Positions 9,890 to 18,378 of a DNA stretch of 64,000 nucleotides are shown here, in pieces. The stretch's first letter is position 1, and every line of letters begins with the position of its first letter. A program made the translations under genes and the position numbers. The notes under the pieces are model-generated. The model worked only from the letters and a program-made list of their open reading frames with translations. It searched no databases and was not told where the DNA came from. Location: positions 4,760-68,759 of the forward strand of contig CAZBTD010000003.1 of NCBI GenBank assembly GCA_964494815.1, given 5' to 3'. This stretch comes from an uncultured Ferruginibacter sp. (GTDB lineage Bacteria; Bacteroidota; Bacteroidia; Chitinophagales; Chitinophagaceae).

Positions 9890-11092
9890 CTAATGCACTC
9901 CTTTTCTTTTTCCGGCATACAATATTACCACTGCTACAAGCACAGTGCTAAATGTAATGACAGCCATACTTAACACAGGATTAAAAGGCAACATTCCTGC
10001 ACAAGCAGAAATTAAACCACCCACTCCAATCTGGCTAAAGCCAAGTAACGCCGATGCAGAACCAGCATTTTTTGCAAATGGTGCCATACACAGCGCCGCT
10101 GCATTGGGATATACAATTCCGGCGCAAGATAATATCACGAACAAAAAGAAGATTACCGAAATTATTCCATACCACTGTTGCCATGCGCCAACGATAAATA
10201 ATATTGCTGCTATAAGTTGTACCACAATAGCACCAGTTAATATCTGCTCATTCTTATACCGTTTTGTAAGAAGATGATTTAACTGGCTGCTGCCAATAAA
10301 ACCTGTTGCCAGCATGGCAAATACAGCGCCGTATATTTTTCCGCTCAAGTAAAAATGGTTCATAAAAATAGCGGGTGAATGAGCCACATATACAAACAAT
10401 CCTGAGAAAGAAAAAGTACCTGCCAGTGCAAATATGTAAAACTTTGGTTCGGTTAATACTTCAATAAAACCATTTATGATTGGCCGAGGTTTTAATGAAA
10501 TACTTTTATCCGGTATATGACCCTCTGGCAAAAAGAAAATTACTGCCAGCAATATGATGAATGTGATAATTGCCAGTATAATAAAAACAAAATGCCAGCC
10601 CCACCAGCCAATAACAAAACTGCCTGCAGTTGGCGCTAGCAGTGGTGATGCTCCCAAAATCAAAACCAGCAACGAAATAACACTGGCACTTTTTTCCACC
10701 GGAAAAAAATCCCTCACCATAGCCATTGCAGCCACAGATGCAACACAACCACCTAATGCCTGCACAAAGCGGACCACCCATAACACTTCAATGGTTGCTG
10801 CAGTAAAGCAGCCAATAGTGGCTATTATATATAATACCAGCCCAACATACAATGGTGGCTTTCTTCCAAACCTGTCGAGCAAGGGTCCGTATATAATTTG
10901 CCCGAGGGCAAAGCCAAGAAAATAAGTTGAAACAGACAAAGCTACATTTTCAATATTGGTATTAAAATCAGCTGCAATTTTTGGAAACGCCGGCAGGTAC
11001 ATATCAATAGAAAAAGGCGTGATGGTATTAAGGGCTCCAAGAATAAGAATAAGTATGAAGTTTTGCTGTTTGCTTCTGCCTGTGGGAGCCAT
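9890..11092 (-). CDS. Bcr/CflA (DHA1) multidrug efflux MFS transporter
   Basis: SIDMYLPAFP, GQIIYGPLLDRFGRKP, about 12 hydrophobic segments. Confidence 0.92.
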   Translation of the reverse strand: MAPTGRSKQQNFILILILGALNTITPFSIDMYLPAFPKIAADFNTNIENVALSVSTYFLGFALGQIIYGPLLDRFGRKPPLYVGLVLYIIATIGCFTAATIEVLWVVRFVQALGGCVASVAAMAMVRDFFPVEKSASVISLLVLILGASPLLAPTAGSFVIGWWGWHFVFIILAIITFIILLAVIFFLPEGHIPDKSISLKPRPIINGFIEVLTEPKFYIFALAGTFSFSGLFVYVAHSPAIFMNHFYLSGKIYGAVFAMLATGFIGSSQLNHLLTKRYKNEQILTGAIVVQLIAAILFIVGAWQQWYGIISVIFFLFVILSCAGIVYPNAAALCMAPFAKNAGSASALLGFSQIGVGGLISACAGMLPFNPVLSMAVITFSTVLVAVVILYAGKRKGVH

Positions 11093-11201
11093 ACAATAAA
11101 GTTTATTTTGACAATTGCAAAGTAACAGGAATAATAACAGTTGTATTTAACTGTCATGCCATCGCTGATAATATTTAATTTCAACCAATCAAAATCATTG
11201 T

Positions 11202-11708
11202 ATGCACATCGGCGCAGGTACTATCATAATCAGTTCTCCTTCTTTGCAAGATCCTAATTTTGAAAAAGCTGTGATTGTTATTGCAGAACACAATGACAAT
11301 GGCTCTCTTGGTTTTGTTATCAATAAAATATTTTCCAGGAAGTTTAATGAGCTGGAAGAATTTAAAACCGCTGAACCTTTTTCGCTATATGCCGGCGGAC
11401 CTGTAGCTACAGAAAATCTTTTTATGCTGCATCAAAGAAATGACCTGATTGAGGGAAGCAATGTAATTGCCAGTAATATTTATATGGGTGGAAATTTTAA
11501 ACAAGCCGTTGCAAACATAAACAAAAGAAGCATTGACAATAGCGATATAAAGTTATTTATCGGCTATTGTGGCTGGGATGCTGGTGAACTTGATATTGAG
11601 ATTGCAGAAGGAAGCTGGATTGTTACAAATGAGAAAACATCGGTCATTTTCGCTCAGAACACAGCTGCAATTTGGGACGAAATGATATCAAAATATCTCA
11701 TTTTGTAA
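11202..11708 (+). CDS. YqgE/AlgH family protein (DUF179)
   Basis: DPNFEKAVI, GFVINK, YAGGPV, GYCGWDAGEL..EI..GSW. Confidence 0.9.
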   Translation: MHIGAGTIIISSPSLQDPNFEKAVIVIAEHNDNGSLGFVINKIFSRKFNELEEFKTAEPFSLYAGGPVATENLFMLHQRNDLIEGSNVIASNIYMGGNFKQAVANINKRSIDNSDIKLFIGYCGWDAGELDIEIAEGSWIVTNEKTSVIFAQNTAAIWDEMISKYLIL

Positions 11709-12063
11709 ATGCTCCAAAATGCCATAGTATGCCTGATGGATCATGCAGAAAACATTCTTTGCCCCAATCATATTTTTTTATTGGGGTAAGCCTTGCAGTT
11801 TTATACTTAGATGGCAGATCGAGTGTCAGCAATTCTTTCCAATAGCGATCCACATCATCCACTTCCATAAAAATCATGGTATTATCTATCCAGTCTTTTA
11901 CATACGCATTTTGTAAATAAAAAGCCAAGGTGCCTGTTTTAAATACTGACATGCCTGGCGACAATACCGTTTCTTCAAAACCAAGGTCACGGTAAAAACT
12001 TCTTGACACTTCAAAATTTTCGGCACCGATAAACGGGCGGATAGAGATGGCTTTATGCTGCAT
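11698..12063 (-). CDS. VOC/glyoxalase family protein
   Basis: SRSFYRDLGF and DWGKECFLHDPSGILWHF. Confidence 0.85.
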   Translation of the reverse strand: MQHKAISIRPFIGAENFEVSRSFYRDLGFEETVLSPGMSVFKTGTLAFYLQNAYVKDWIDNTMIFMEVDDVDRYWKELLTLDLPSKYKTARLTPIKKYDWGKECFLHDPSGILWHFGAFTK

Positions 12064-12096
12064 TGTTTATTTTATTTAGCGAACATTAAACAGTGA

Positions 12097-12438
12097 TTAT
12101 GTTGATGAAGTTACAACTGCTGCTGTAGCCGCAGCGGCCTTAGCGGCCGCACCTGCCGCATCGTTATTTACATTCGCCATACTTACAAAATTATACCCCC
12201 ATCCTTTCAGTTCGTTCTTCCAGATAAGAGAGCCGTCTTTTGTATCAAGGCATACAAGGATACCTGCACAGCCCACATAAATTTTATTGTCTTCCACCAT
12301 TACCTGGCCAATACTGTGTGCCATATTTGAAAGCCCATATTGCTTTAGTTTGATTTCCCAAATAACAGAGCCGTCTGCTTTACTGATAGCCGCAACCCTG
12401 CCATTTGATAAAATGAATAGTGCGTTTTTTTGTTTCAT
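12097..12438 (-). CDS. Small PQQ-like beta-propeller repeat protein
   Basis: Two repeats DGSVIWEIKLKQYG / DGSLIWKNELKGWG; Ala-rich tail. Confidence 0.7.
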   Translation of the reverse strand: MKQKNALFILSNGRVAAISKADGSVIWEIKLKQYGLSNMAHSIGQVMVEDNKIYVGCAGILVCLDTKDGSLIWKNELKGWGYNFVSMANVNNDAAGAAAKAAAATAAVVTSST

Positions 12439-12667
12439 TGTACTTTTTTATAAATGTAAGAAACCGGAGGGTAATTGTTTTGCAAATTGTGATGAACAAA
12501 AAAAACGAAGAAAATGATTTTATAGCTTGCATTTTTAATACATAGTGTTTATCTTACTTTCATTCCATTCTTGATTTACCGATTCCCTCTGATTACTGCG
12601 GATTTTATTCCGTAGCTGTGTTAATGCATTGGCCATTTCATATTTATTCACACATAAATTCAGCATT

Positions 12668-13270
12668 ATGAAACAGCTTTGTTTATTTGTACTTACCAGC
12701 ATTGTTATCATTTCCCTTCATTCATGCTCCTATATACCAAGTTTATCAGGCGGTAAAACCTGGTACAGGGGTGAGCCAAGCTGGAGAGATCCTGTAGGTG
12801 CACAGGTAGCGGTTGAAGCAAAAGTTACAGAAGTTAACAAGCAATCTTACTTAACTGCAGGCATTGGCTACTCATTGCAGGGTTCTGCATACGAGGATAA
12901 TAATTCTTCCGGTAAGGTTACGGCTCATTATCTTATTGCGCCACTGCTGTATTACTACCAGCATATAAAAGGCTTTTATGCAGAGGCAGGGCTTCAGCCA
13001 TCTGTATTATTGGCGGCAAGAGATAAATACAAAGGCGGCGAAGGCCCTTATACTTATGAAGGCTCTAGCGATTATAAAGATCAAATGAAATCTTTTAACC
13101 TTGGATTACCTATTGGTGCAGGGTACCGTTGCAAAAATGGTTTTGGTGTTGGCATAAGAACCATCATAGGCATTACTAAAAATCATAAAGAAGGCAACAG
13201 TCGTGATATGCTGATATTACTCAGGGCTTCCTGGGTATTAGAAGAAATGATGAAGAGAAAGAAAAAATAG
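12668..13270 (+). CDS. Outer-membrane beta-barrel (PorT/porin-like) family protein
   Basis: GIGYSLQG, HYLIAPLL, YAEAGLQPSVLL, FNLGLPIGAGY amphipathic strands. Likely start ATG 12668. Confidence 0.7.
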   Translation: MKQLCLFVLTSIVIISLHSCSYIPSLSGGKTWYRGEPSWRDPVGAQVAVEAKVTEVNKQSYLTAGIGYSLQGSAYEDNNSSGKVTAHYLIAPLLYYYQHIKGFYAEAGLQPSVLLAARDKYKGGEGPYTYEGSSDYKDQMKSFNLGLPIGAGYRCKNGFGVGIRTIIGITKNHKEGNSRDMLILLRASWVLEEMMKRKKK

Positions 13271-13278
13271 CAGTTCTG

Positions 13279-13319
13279 TCACAAAAAATCCTGTTGTAAA
13301 CCAGCAGGATTTTTTGTGA
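13279..13319. terminator. Bidirectional Rho-independent terminator
   Basis: TCACAAAAAATCCTG...CAGGATTTTTTGTGA inverted repeat between convergent genes. Confidence 0.88.
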
Positions 13320-13328
13320 TTAAACTAC

Positions 13329-14015
13329 CTAAGCATTCAATCTGAAGCCGATGCCATGTATTGTTTCCAGCACCACTGATGGATCAGCTTTAAAATGCTT
13401 TCGTAACCGGGTGATGAATACATCCATACTGCGGCCCAAAAAGTAATCATCTTTACCCCATACACTCAGCAATATTTCTTCACGCCGCAGCACTTTATTC
13501 ATATGATCGCAAAAATATTTGAGCAAGTCGGCCTCCCTCTGTGTTAGCGAAAACTCTTCCTCACCTGCCTTTATCTTTAATCCATTGTAAAAAAACTGCA
13601 GCTTGCCTATAGTGTATTCTTTTGATTCTTCTGAGTGTTTTTTCCTGGTACGTCTTAAAAATACTTCCATCCGCATCAGCAGTTCCTTCATGCTAAATGG
13701 TTTGGTGATATAGTCATCAGCTCCCGTTTTAAATCCTTCCAGTTTATCCTGTTCCAGCGATTTAGCGGTGAGAAACAGTATTGGTATCATATCGCTTTTT
13801 TGCCTGATTTTTTTTGCCAGTGCAAAGCCATCTTTCACAGGCATCATCACATCAAGCAGGCAAATATCAAAACCGTTTTTTAGATACTGCTGCCAGGCCG
13901 TCTCTCCATCGGCACACCAGGTAACGTCATAACCGCTTTCTTCAAGGTTATCCTTTATTACAAATGCCAGCGACACATCATCTTCTGCCAACAATATTTT
14001 AGGCTTGCTTTGCAT
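13329..14015 (-). CDS. OmpR/PhoB-family response regulator
   Basis: AEDD, LLDVMMP, FLTAK, DDYITKPF; winged helix RSMDVFITRLRK, TIHGIGF. Confidence 0.95.
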   Translation of the reverse strand: MQSKPKILLAEDDVSLAFVIKDNLEESGYDVTWCADGETAWQQYLKNGFDICLLDVMMPVKDGFALAKKIRQKSDMIPILFLTAKSLEQDKLEGFKTGADDYITKPFSMKELLMRMEVFLRRTRKKHSEESKEYTIGKLQFFYNGLKIKAGEEEFSLTQREADLLKYFCDHMNKVLRREEILLSVWGKDDYFLGRSMDVFITRLRKHFKADPSVVLETIHGIGFRLNA

Positions 14016-14020
14016 AAAAG

Positions 14021-15292
14021 TTATTTTTTTAAAAGTTGTATCCTGAATTCTGTTCCAATACCCGGCACACTCTGCACAGCTATTTTTGCGTTGTGTGCAT
14101 CAATTATCTTTTTTACATAATTAAGCCCTAATCCAAAGCCGGCTACATTATGTATGTTGCCGGTAGGCACACGATAAAATTTCTTAAACAAAAACCGGAT
14201 ATTCTTTTCTTCAATACCAATGCCATTATCTTTTATTATTATGCTGTAATAATCCTCATTTGCATCCATTAGTTCAATTATCACATGCGGAAGGTTTACA
14301 CTATACTTAACAGCGTTTTCAATCAGGTTAATAATAACAAGCTGCAGTTGTGACCTGTCTGCATATACCACCGGTTCGTTTTCGTCCGGGATAAAATCAA
14401 CTGTTGCATTTTTGCTTGCAATAAGCGGCGCAATCTGGTTAATAGCTGCCTGCACTACTTCGTTTAAAGGGCATGGTTCTTTCTTTACAAGCAATTTTTT
14501 ATTTTCTACCGTAGCTGTTTTCAGCAACCTGTCCACCTGGCTTTGCAAATGTTCAGTCTGTTCTTTTACTACAGCGCCATACCGGGTCAGCCTCTCTGGT
14601 TTGTCGATAATATCCGGCTGCACCAGCACATCGGCAGCAATTTTCATTACAGCCAGCGGCGTTTTAAACTCATGGGTAAAATTATTTACGAAATCTTTTT
14701 GCAGTTCGTTTAAAAACTTTTGCCGGTACAGGTACAGCAATGCCACAGATAAACCAATCAATACTAACAACAGCATTATGGCCGTACCTATCCAAAAAGA
14801 CATTTCGTTTATTATATATTTTTCCCGGGTAGGAAAATACATCAGCATATAGTTAGCGTCTTTTTTCACTTTAACCAATGGCACTATATTATCCTCCATT
14901 TTATGTGTAGTGGCAACATCAAGATTAAAATGATAGACTGGTTCCATTTTACTTTTATCATAAACAAACACGGCACAATTGGCCCACACCCCAAAAACTT
15001 CAAACTCACTGCTCAGATGGTACTTTAATGAATCTTTGGGTGGTATGTGTCTCATTTTCAGAACAAAAGTATTTTCGTCCATCCTGTCCACAATATCTTT
15101 CACGGGCTGCCGTGGGTCTGATGCACCACCTATGTCATCAAGTATAGCCTGCAGGCTTTTGAGAACATTTCTTTTAAACTGGTGCTGCTCCAGGTTATAA
15201 ATATGCCGCAGCCAGTACAATTGTGCTACTATAATGCAGGCAATGATTACACTGCATCCTACCATTATCCATCGTAAAGTAGCCGATCTCAT
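14021..15292 (-). CDS. Sensor histidine kinase
   Basis: Two TM segments, THEFKTPL, NLIENAVKY, DNGIG, GFGLGL. Confidence 0.95.
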   Translation of the reverse strand: MRSATLRWIMVGCSVIIACIIVAQLYWLRHIYNLEQHQFKRNVLKSLQAILDDIGGASDPRQPVKDIVDRMDENTFVLKMRHIPPKDSLKYHLSSEFEVFGVWANCAVFVYDKSKMEPVYHFNLDVATTHKMEDNIVPLVKVKKDANYMLMYFPTREKYIINEMSFWIGTAIMLLLVLIGLSVALLYLYRQKFLNELQKDFVNNFTHEFKTPLAVMKIAADVLVQPDIIDKPERLTRYGAVVKEQTEHLQSQVDRLLKTATVENKKLLVKKEPCPLNEVVQAAINQIAPLIASKNATVDFIPDENEPVVYADRSQLQLVIINLIENAVKYSVNLPHVIIELMDANEDYYSIIIKDNGIGIEEKNIRFLFKKFYRVPTGNIHNVAGFGLGLNYVKKIIDAHNAKIAVQSVPGIGTEFRIQLLKK

Positions 15293-15399
15293 AACACAAA
15301 TTTCAGGTTTAAATAATCATGTAAAAAGTTGATGTGGTTAATTGCTTGTTAAGCGACAAAAGCATTATTGGCACACGTTTCACTCTCGGAAAAGTGTTT

Positions 15400-15407
15400 T
15401 ACTTTTG
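15400..15407 (+). promoter_or_regulatory. Bacteroidetes -7 promoter element for tatC
   Basis: TACTTTTG matches TAnnTTTG, 47 nt before the TTG at 15455. Confidence 0.5.
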
Positions 15408-15454
15408 TCTCTTTATATTATTTAATATTCAGTACCAAAATATACATCATCCAT

Positions 15455-16339
15455 TTGGCAACTACTACATCTGAAAGGAAAACATTTTTTAGCCGCATCA
15501 CAGGTAAAAACCCTGCCGAACAGGTTGAAATGAGTTTCTTTGATCATATTGAGGAATTACGCTGGCATATAATACGCAGTGTGGCGGCCTGGTTGGTAGC
15601 TGCTATTGCCATTTTTATAAATATTGATTGGGTGTACGACAACCTTATACTGGCTCCCGCCAACGAAAAGTTTGTAACGTATGGCGCTTTGTGCCGCTTT
15701 GGGCAATGGCTTCACCTGGGCGATAGCCTTTGTATGCCCCCGGTAAAAATCAACTTCCAGGTAACTGAGGTAAACGGAACCTTTACATCAGCCATCAATA
15801 TTGCTATTATTGGAGGCATCATTATAGCCTTTCCTTATATCTTTTGGGAGCTGTGGCGTTTTATAAAACCTGCTCTTAGCAGTAAAGAGCGCAGGTACGC
15901 CAGGGGAAGTATTTTTTATGTATCGCTTTGTTTTTTTACCGGCGTGTTATTTGGATATTACCTGCTGGCGCCATTTACTTTTAATTTTTTGGCCAGCTTC
16001 ACCCTTGGTAAATCAGGTATTATACAATACAAACCATCAATAAATGACTATATCGACAGCCTTACCAATCTTTTACTTGGCTGCGGTATTGCATTTGAAC
16101 TGCCAGTGCTTTCATATGTACTTGCCCGAATTGGAATTATTACCGGCGACCTTCTAAAACGCTACTTCAAATTTGCCTTTGTGGTTATCCTGATAGTTGC
16201 AGCTATTATCACGCCTTCACCCGACTGGACAAGCCAGTTTTTAGTGGCTGTTCCGTTACTTTTTTTATACTGGATAAGCATATTACTGGCCAGCAGTGTT
16301 GACCGCAAAAGAGCCAAAGAGGAAAAAGAGTGGAGTTGA
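15455..16339 (+). CDS. tatC: Twin-arginine translocase subunit TatC
   Basis: EMSFFDHIEELR, WRFIKPAL..KE, FELP, AAIITPSPD. Likely TTG start at 15455. Confidence 0.95.
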   Translation: MATTTSERKTFFSRITGKNPAEQVEMSFFDHIEELRWHIIRSVAAWLVAAIAIFINIDWVYDNLILAPANEKFVTYGALCRFGQWLHLGDSLCMPPVKINFQVTEVNGTFTSAINIAIIGGIIIAFPYIFWELWRFIKPALSSKERRYARGSIFYVSLCFFTGVLFGYYLLAPFTFNFLASFTLGKSGIIQYKPSINDYIDSLTNLLLGCGIAFELPVLSYVLARIGIITGDLLKRYFKFAFVVILIVAAIITPSPDWTSQFLVAVPLLFLYWISILLASSVDRKRAKEEKEWS

Positions 16340-16379
16340 TAAATATTGTTTACCGGGGCTTACTTTACCCCTTATCCTG

Positions 16380-16387
16380 TAAATTTG
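16380..16387 (+). promoter_or_regulatory. Bacteroidetes -7 promoter element for the exosortase operon
   Basis: TAAATTTG matches TAnnTTTG, 35 nt upstream of ATG 16423. Confidence 0.55.
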
Positions 16388-16422
16388 CCAGACTGGTATA
16401 TAATAACACAAACCGGATATAA

Positions 16423-16995
16423 ATGCAGCCGCAACAAGTAAATATTGATAAACCAAAACTGGCTTTTAATAAAAAACTCACAAGTTTTTTTATTCGGCTA
16501 TTTATCGTTTTTAGTGTGTGGTTTGTTTGCTATAATCTTATTTTAAAACCACCCAGGGTTATTGACAGGCCGCTTACCAATTATCTAACTGCCGCTGCCG
16601 TTAAATGCATCAACATTTTTTATCCGTCTTCCGCCCAGGTATCTTGGGAAGAAAGCAAGGTAAAGCGCTGTGCAGATATGTTTAAAGAGGGAAAACTTGT
16701 TTTTCAAATTTATGATGTGTGTAACGGCATTGACCTGATGTTTATTTACGTTGGTGTACTTTTCCTTTTGCCATTTCCTGTAAAAAGAAAACTCTGGTTT
16801 AGCGCTGCAGGAATAGTTGTTATCGCCTTATTTAATGTTGTTCGTATTTGTTCTTTGTATTTCATTTATATATATCAACGCAGCGCTTTCGATTTCAGCC
16901 ACCACTACCTGTTTACCCTGCTTATGTACGTGGTAATATTTTTTGGATGGCTCCTCTTTATAAGAAATGCCCGCCCTAATGAGAAAAGCAATTAA
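16423..16995 (+). CDS. Exosortase/archaeosortase family protein (XrtF/XrtX-like)
   Basis: Cys-Arg-His triad motifs VCNG, NVVRI, FSHHYLF in a multi-TM protein. Confidence 0.85.
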   Translation: MQPQQVNIDKPKLAFNKKLTSFFIRLFIVFSVWFVCYNLILKPPRVIDRPLTNYLTAAAVKCINIFYPSSAQVSWEESKVKRCADMFKEGKLVFQIYDVCNGIDLMFIYVGVLFLLPFPVKRKLWFSAAGIVVIALFNVVRICSLYFIYIYQRSAFDFSHHYLFTLLMYVVIFFGWLLFIRNARPNEKSN

Positions 16996-17431
16996 ACCAT
17001 TTATTTATTATTATCTGGCGCTGGGCCTGTTTTCACTGCTCTTCAGCCTGCTTAAAGTAAACAACTACGTTTATTACTATGCCGGCATAAAGATGGAGCT
17101 TGACCCTATGATGATACCAACAATCATTGGCGGAATTATTGTTTTAAAATATACTGTATCGCCTTATTCATTTAAGGTTTTTCTTATTGGCTACTCTGCA
17201 CTTTGGATTCTACGGATAGTATTGATGTATGTAGCTGAGCAAATTGGTGAGGCAACATTGCTTGGCCGTACATACCGCTTCGATCTTATCATCGGAAGCT
17301 ATTACAAAACAGTTTCCCGGCTTGACACACACCTTCCTTTTGTGTTATACTGGTTTATCACTTATCTTTTTACCATTGTGATAATACCAGAAACAAAAAA
17401 AGACGACGAGTTTAAAGAACAAGAAAATTAA
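16967..17431 (+). CDS. Exosortase-associated membrane protein (hypothetical)
   Basis: About 4 TM segments; overlaps the exosortase stop. Confidence 0.6.
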   Translation: MPALMRKAIKPFIYYYLALGLFSLLFSLLKVNNYVYYYAGIKMELDPMMIPTIIGGIIVLKYTVSPYSFKVFLIGYSALWILRIVLMYVAEQIGEATLLGRTYRFDLIIGSYYKTVSRLDTHLPFVLYWFITYLFTIVIIPETKKDDEFKEQEN

Positions 17432-17441
17432 TACTGCACCT

Positions 17442-17960
17442 ATGTTTACGGCATCTTCGTTTCATCAAGCAACACTTTCAGTTACAAGCTACCGTACTTA
17501 TGTTTTTACATTTTTTTTTATTGCTGGTAATTTATTGTTGCCGCAGTTAACACATTTTATTCCATCCGGCGGCTTGATTTTTTTACCTATTTATTTTTTT
17601 ACTCTTATCGGTGCTTACAAATTCGGGGTAACAGTCGGCTTATTTACAGCTGTGCTTTCTCCTGTTGTAAATAATTTATTGTTTGGCATGCCGCCAGCAT
17701 TTGTGTTGCCGGCTATACTTATCAAGTCGTGTTTGCTTGCAATTATTGCCGGTATAGTGGCAGTAAAAAGCAAAGGCATTTCGGTGCTGCACCTGCTGTC
17801 AGTTGTATTAGGGTACCAAGTATTGGGCTCTGCTGCTGAGTGGGCTATCACAAAAAGTTTTGCTGATGCATTGCAAGATTTTACAATGGGATTGCCAGGT
17901 ATGTTGATTCAGATTTTCGGCGGTTATTTTTTACTAAAAAAAATGGCGGTGTATGAATAG
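17442..17960 (+). CDS. ECF transporter S component-like membrane protein
   Basis: GNLLLPQLTH, GGLIFLPIYFFTL, SPVVN..LFGMP, GLPGMLIQ; about 6 TM. Confidence 0.7.
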   Translation: MFTASSFHQATLSVTSYRTYVFTFFFIAGNLLLPQLTHFIPSGGLIFLPIYFFTLIGAYKFGVTVGLFTAVLSPVVNNLLFGMPPAFVLPAILIKSCLLAIIAGIVAVKSKGISVLHLLSVVLGYQVLGSAAEWAITKSFADALQDFTMGLPGMLIQIFGGYFLLKKMAVYE

Positions 17961-18378
17961 TAAGTCATGGGAAGAAATAAATGAACGGATTGCCGCCATG
18001 CAGTTTAATGAAGTATTTGATTTAATTGTTGCTGTAGCTAATGGCGGAATAGTACCAGCAGCAATATTGCAGCAAAAATTAAAAATACCTGTTGAGTTGC
18101 TAAAAATGAGTTTCAGGGATACTTTTCACAAACCAATATATCAATCTCCTCAACTGGTTGCGCCTATTCATTTTGAAACAGCAGGTAAAAAAATATTATT
18201 GGTGGAAGACAGGGTGAAAACAGGTGCTACTTTACAAATCGCAAAACAAATTTTACTTGCTGCCGGTGCTGATGTAAAAACTTTTGCAGTAAACGGCAGT
18301 GCCGATTATTCTCTTTTTGATGAAAATTGTTTTTCTTTTCCGTGGATAATAAAGGCAGATGTAAAATTGCCAGGTTAA
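17953..18378 (+). CDS. Type I phosphoribosyltransferase family protein
   Basis: AVANGGIVPA, PRPP loop ILLVEDRVKTGATL, C-terminal FPW. Confidence 0.8.
   Translation: MNSKSWEEINERIAAMQFNEVFDLIVAVANGGIVPAAILQQKLKIPVELLKMSFRDTFHKPIYQSPQLVAPIHFETAGKKILLVEDRVKTGATLQIAKQILLAAGADVKTFAVNGSADYSLFDENCFSFPWIIKADVKLPG

Noticed and set aside
7880-15454. Longer N-termini in the ORF track for lacI, kduD, the beta-barrel and tatC (also pseG and the second cupin)
   Set aside because: The extensions overlap promoters or neighbouring genes and precede the conserved N-terminal motifs.
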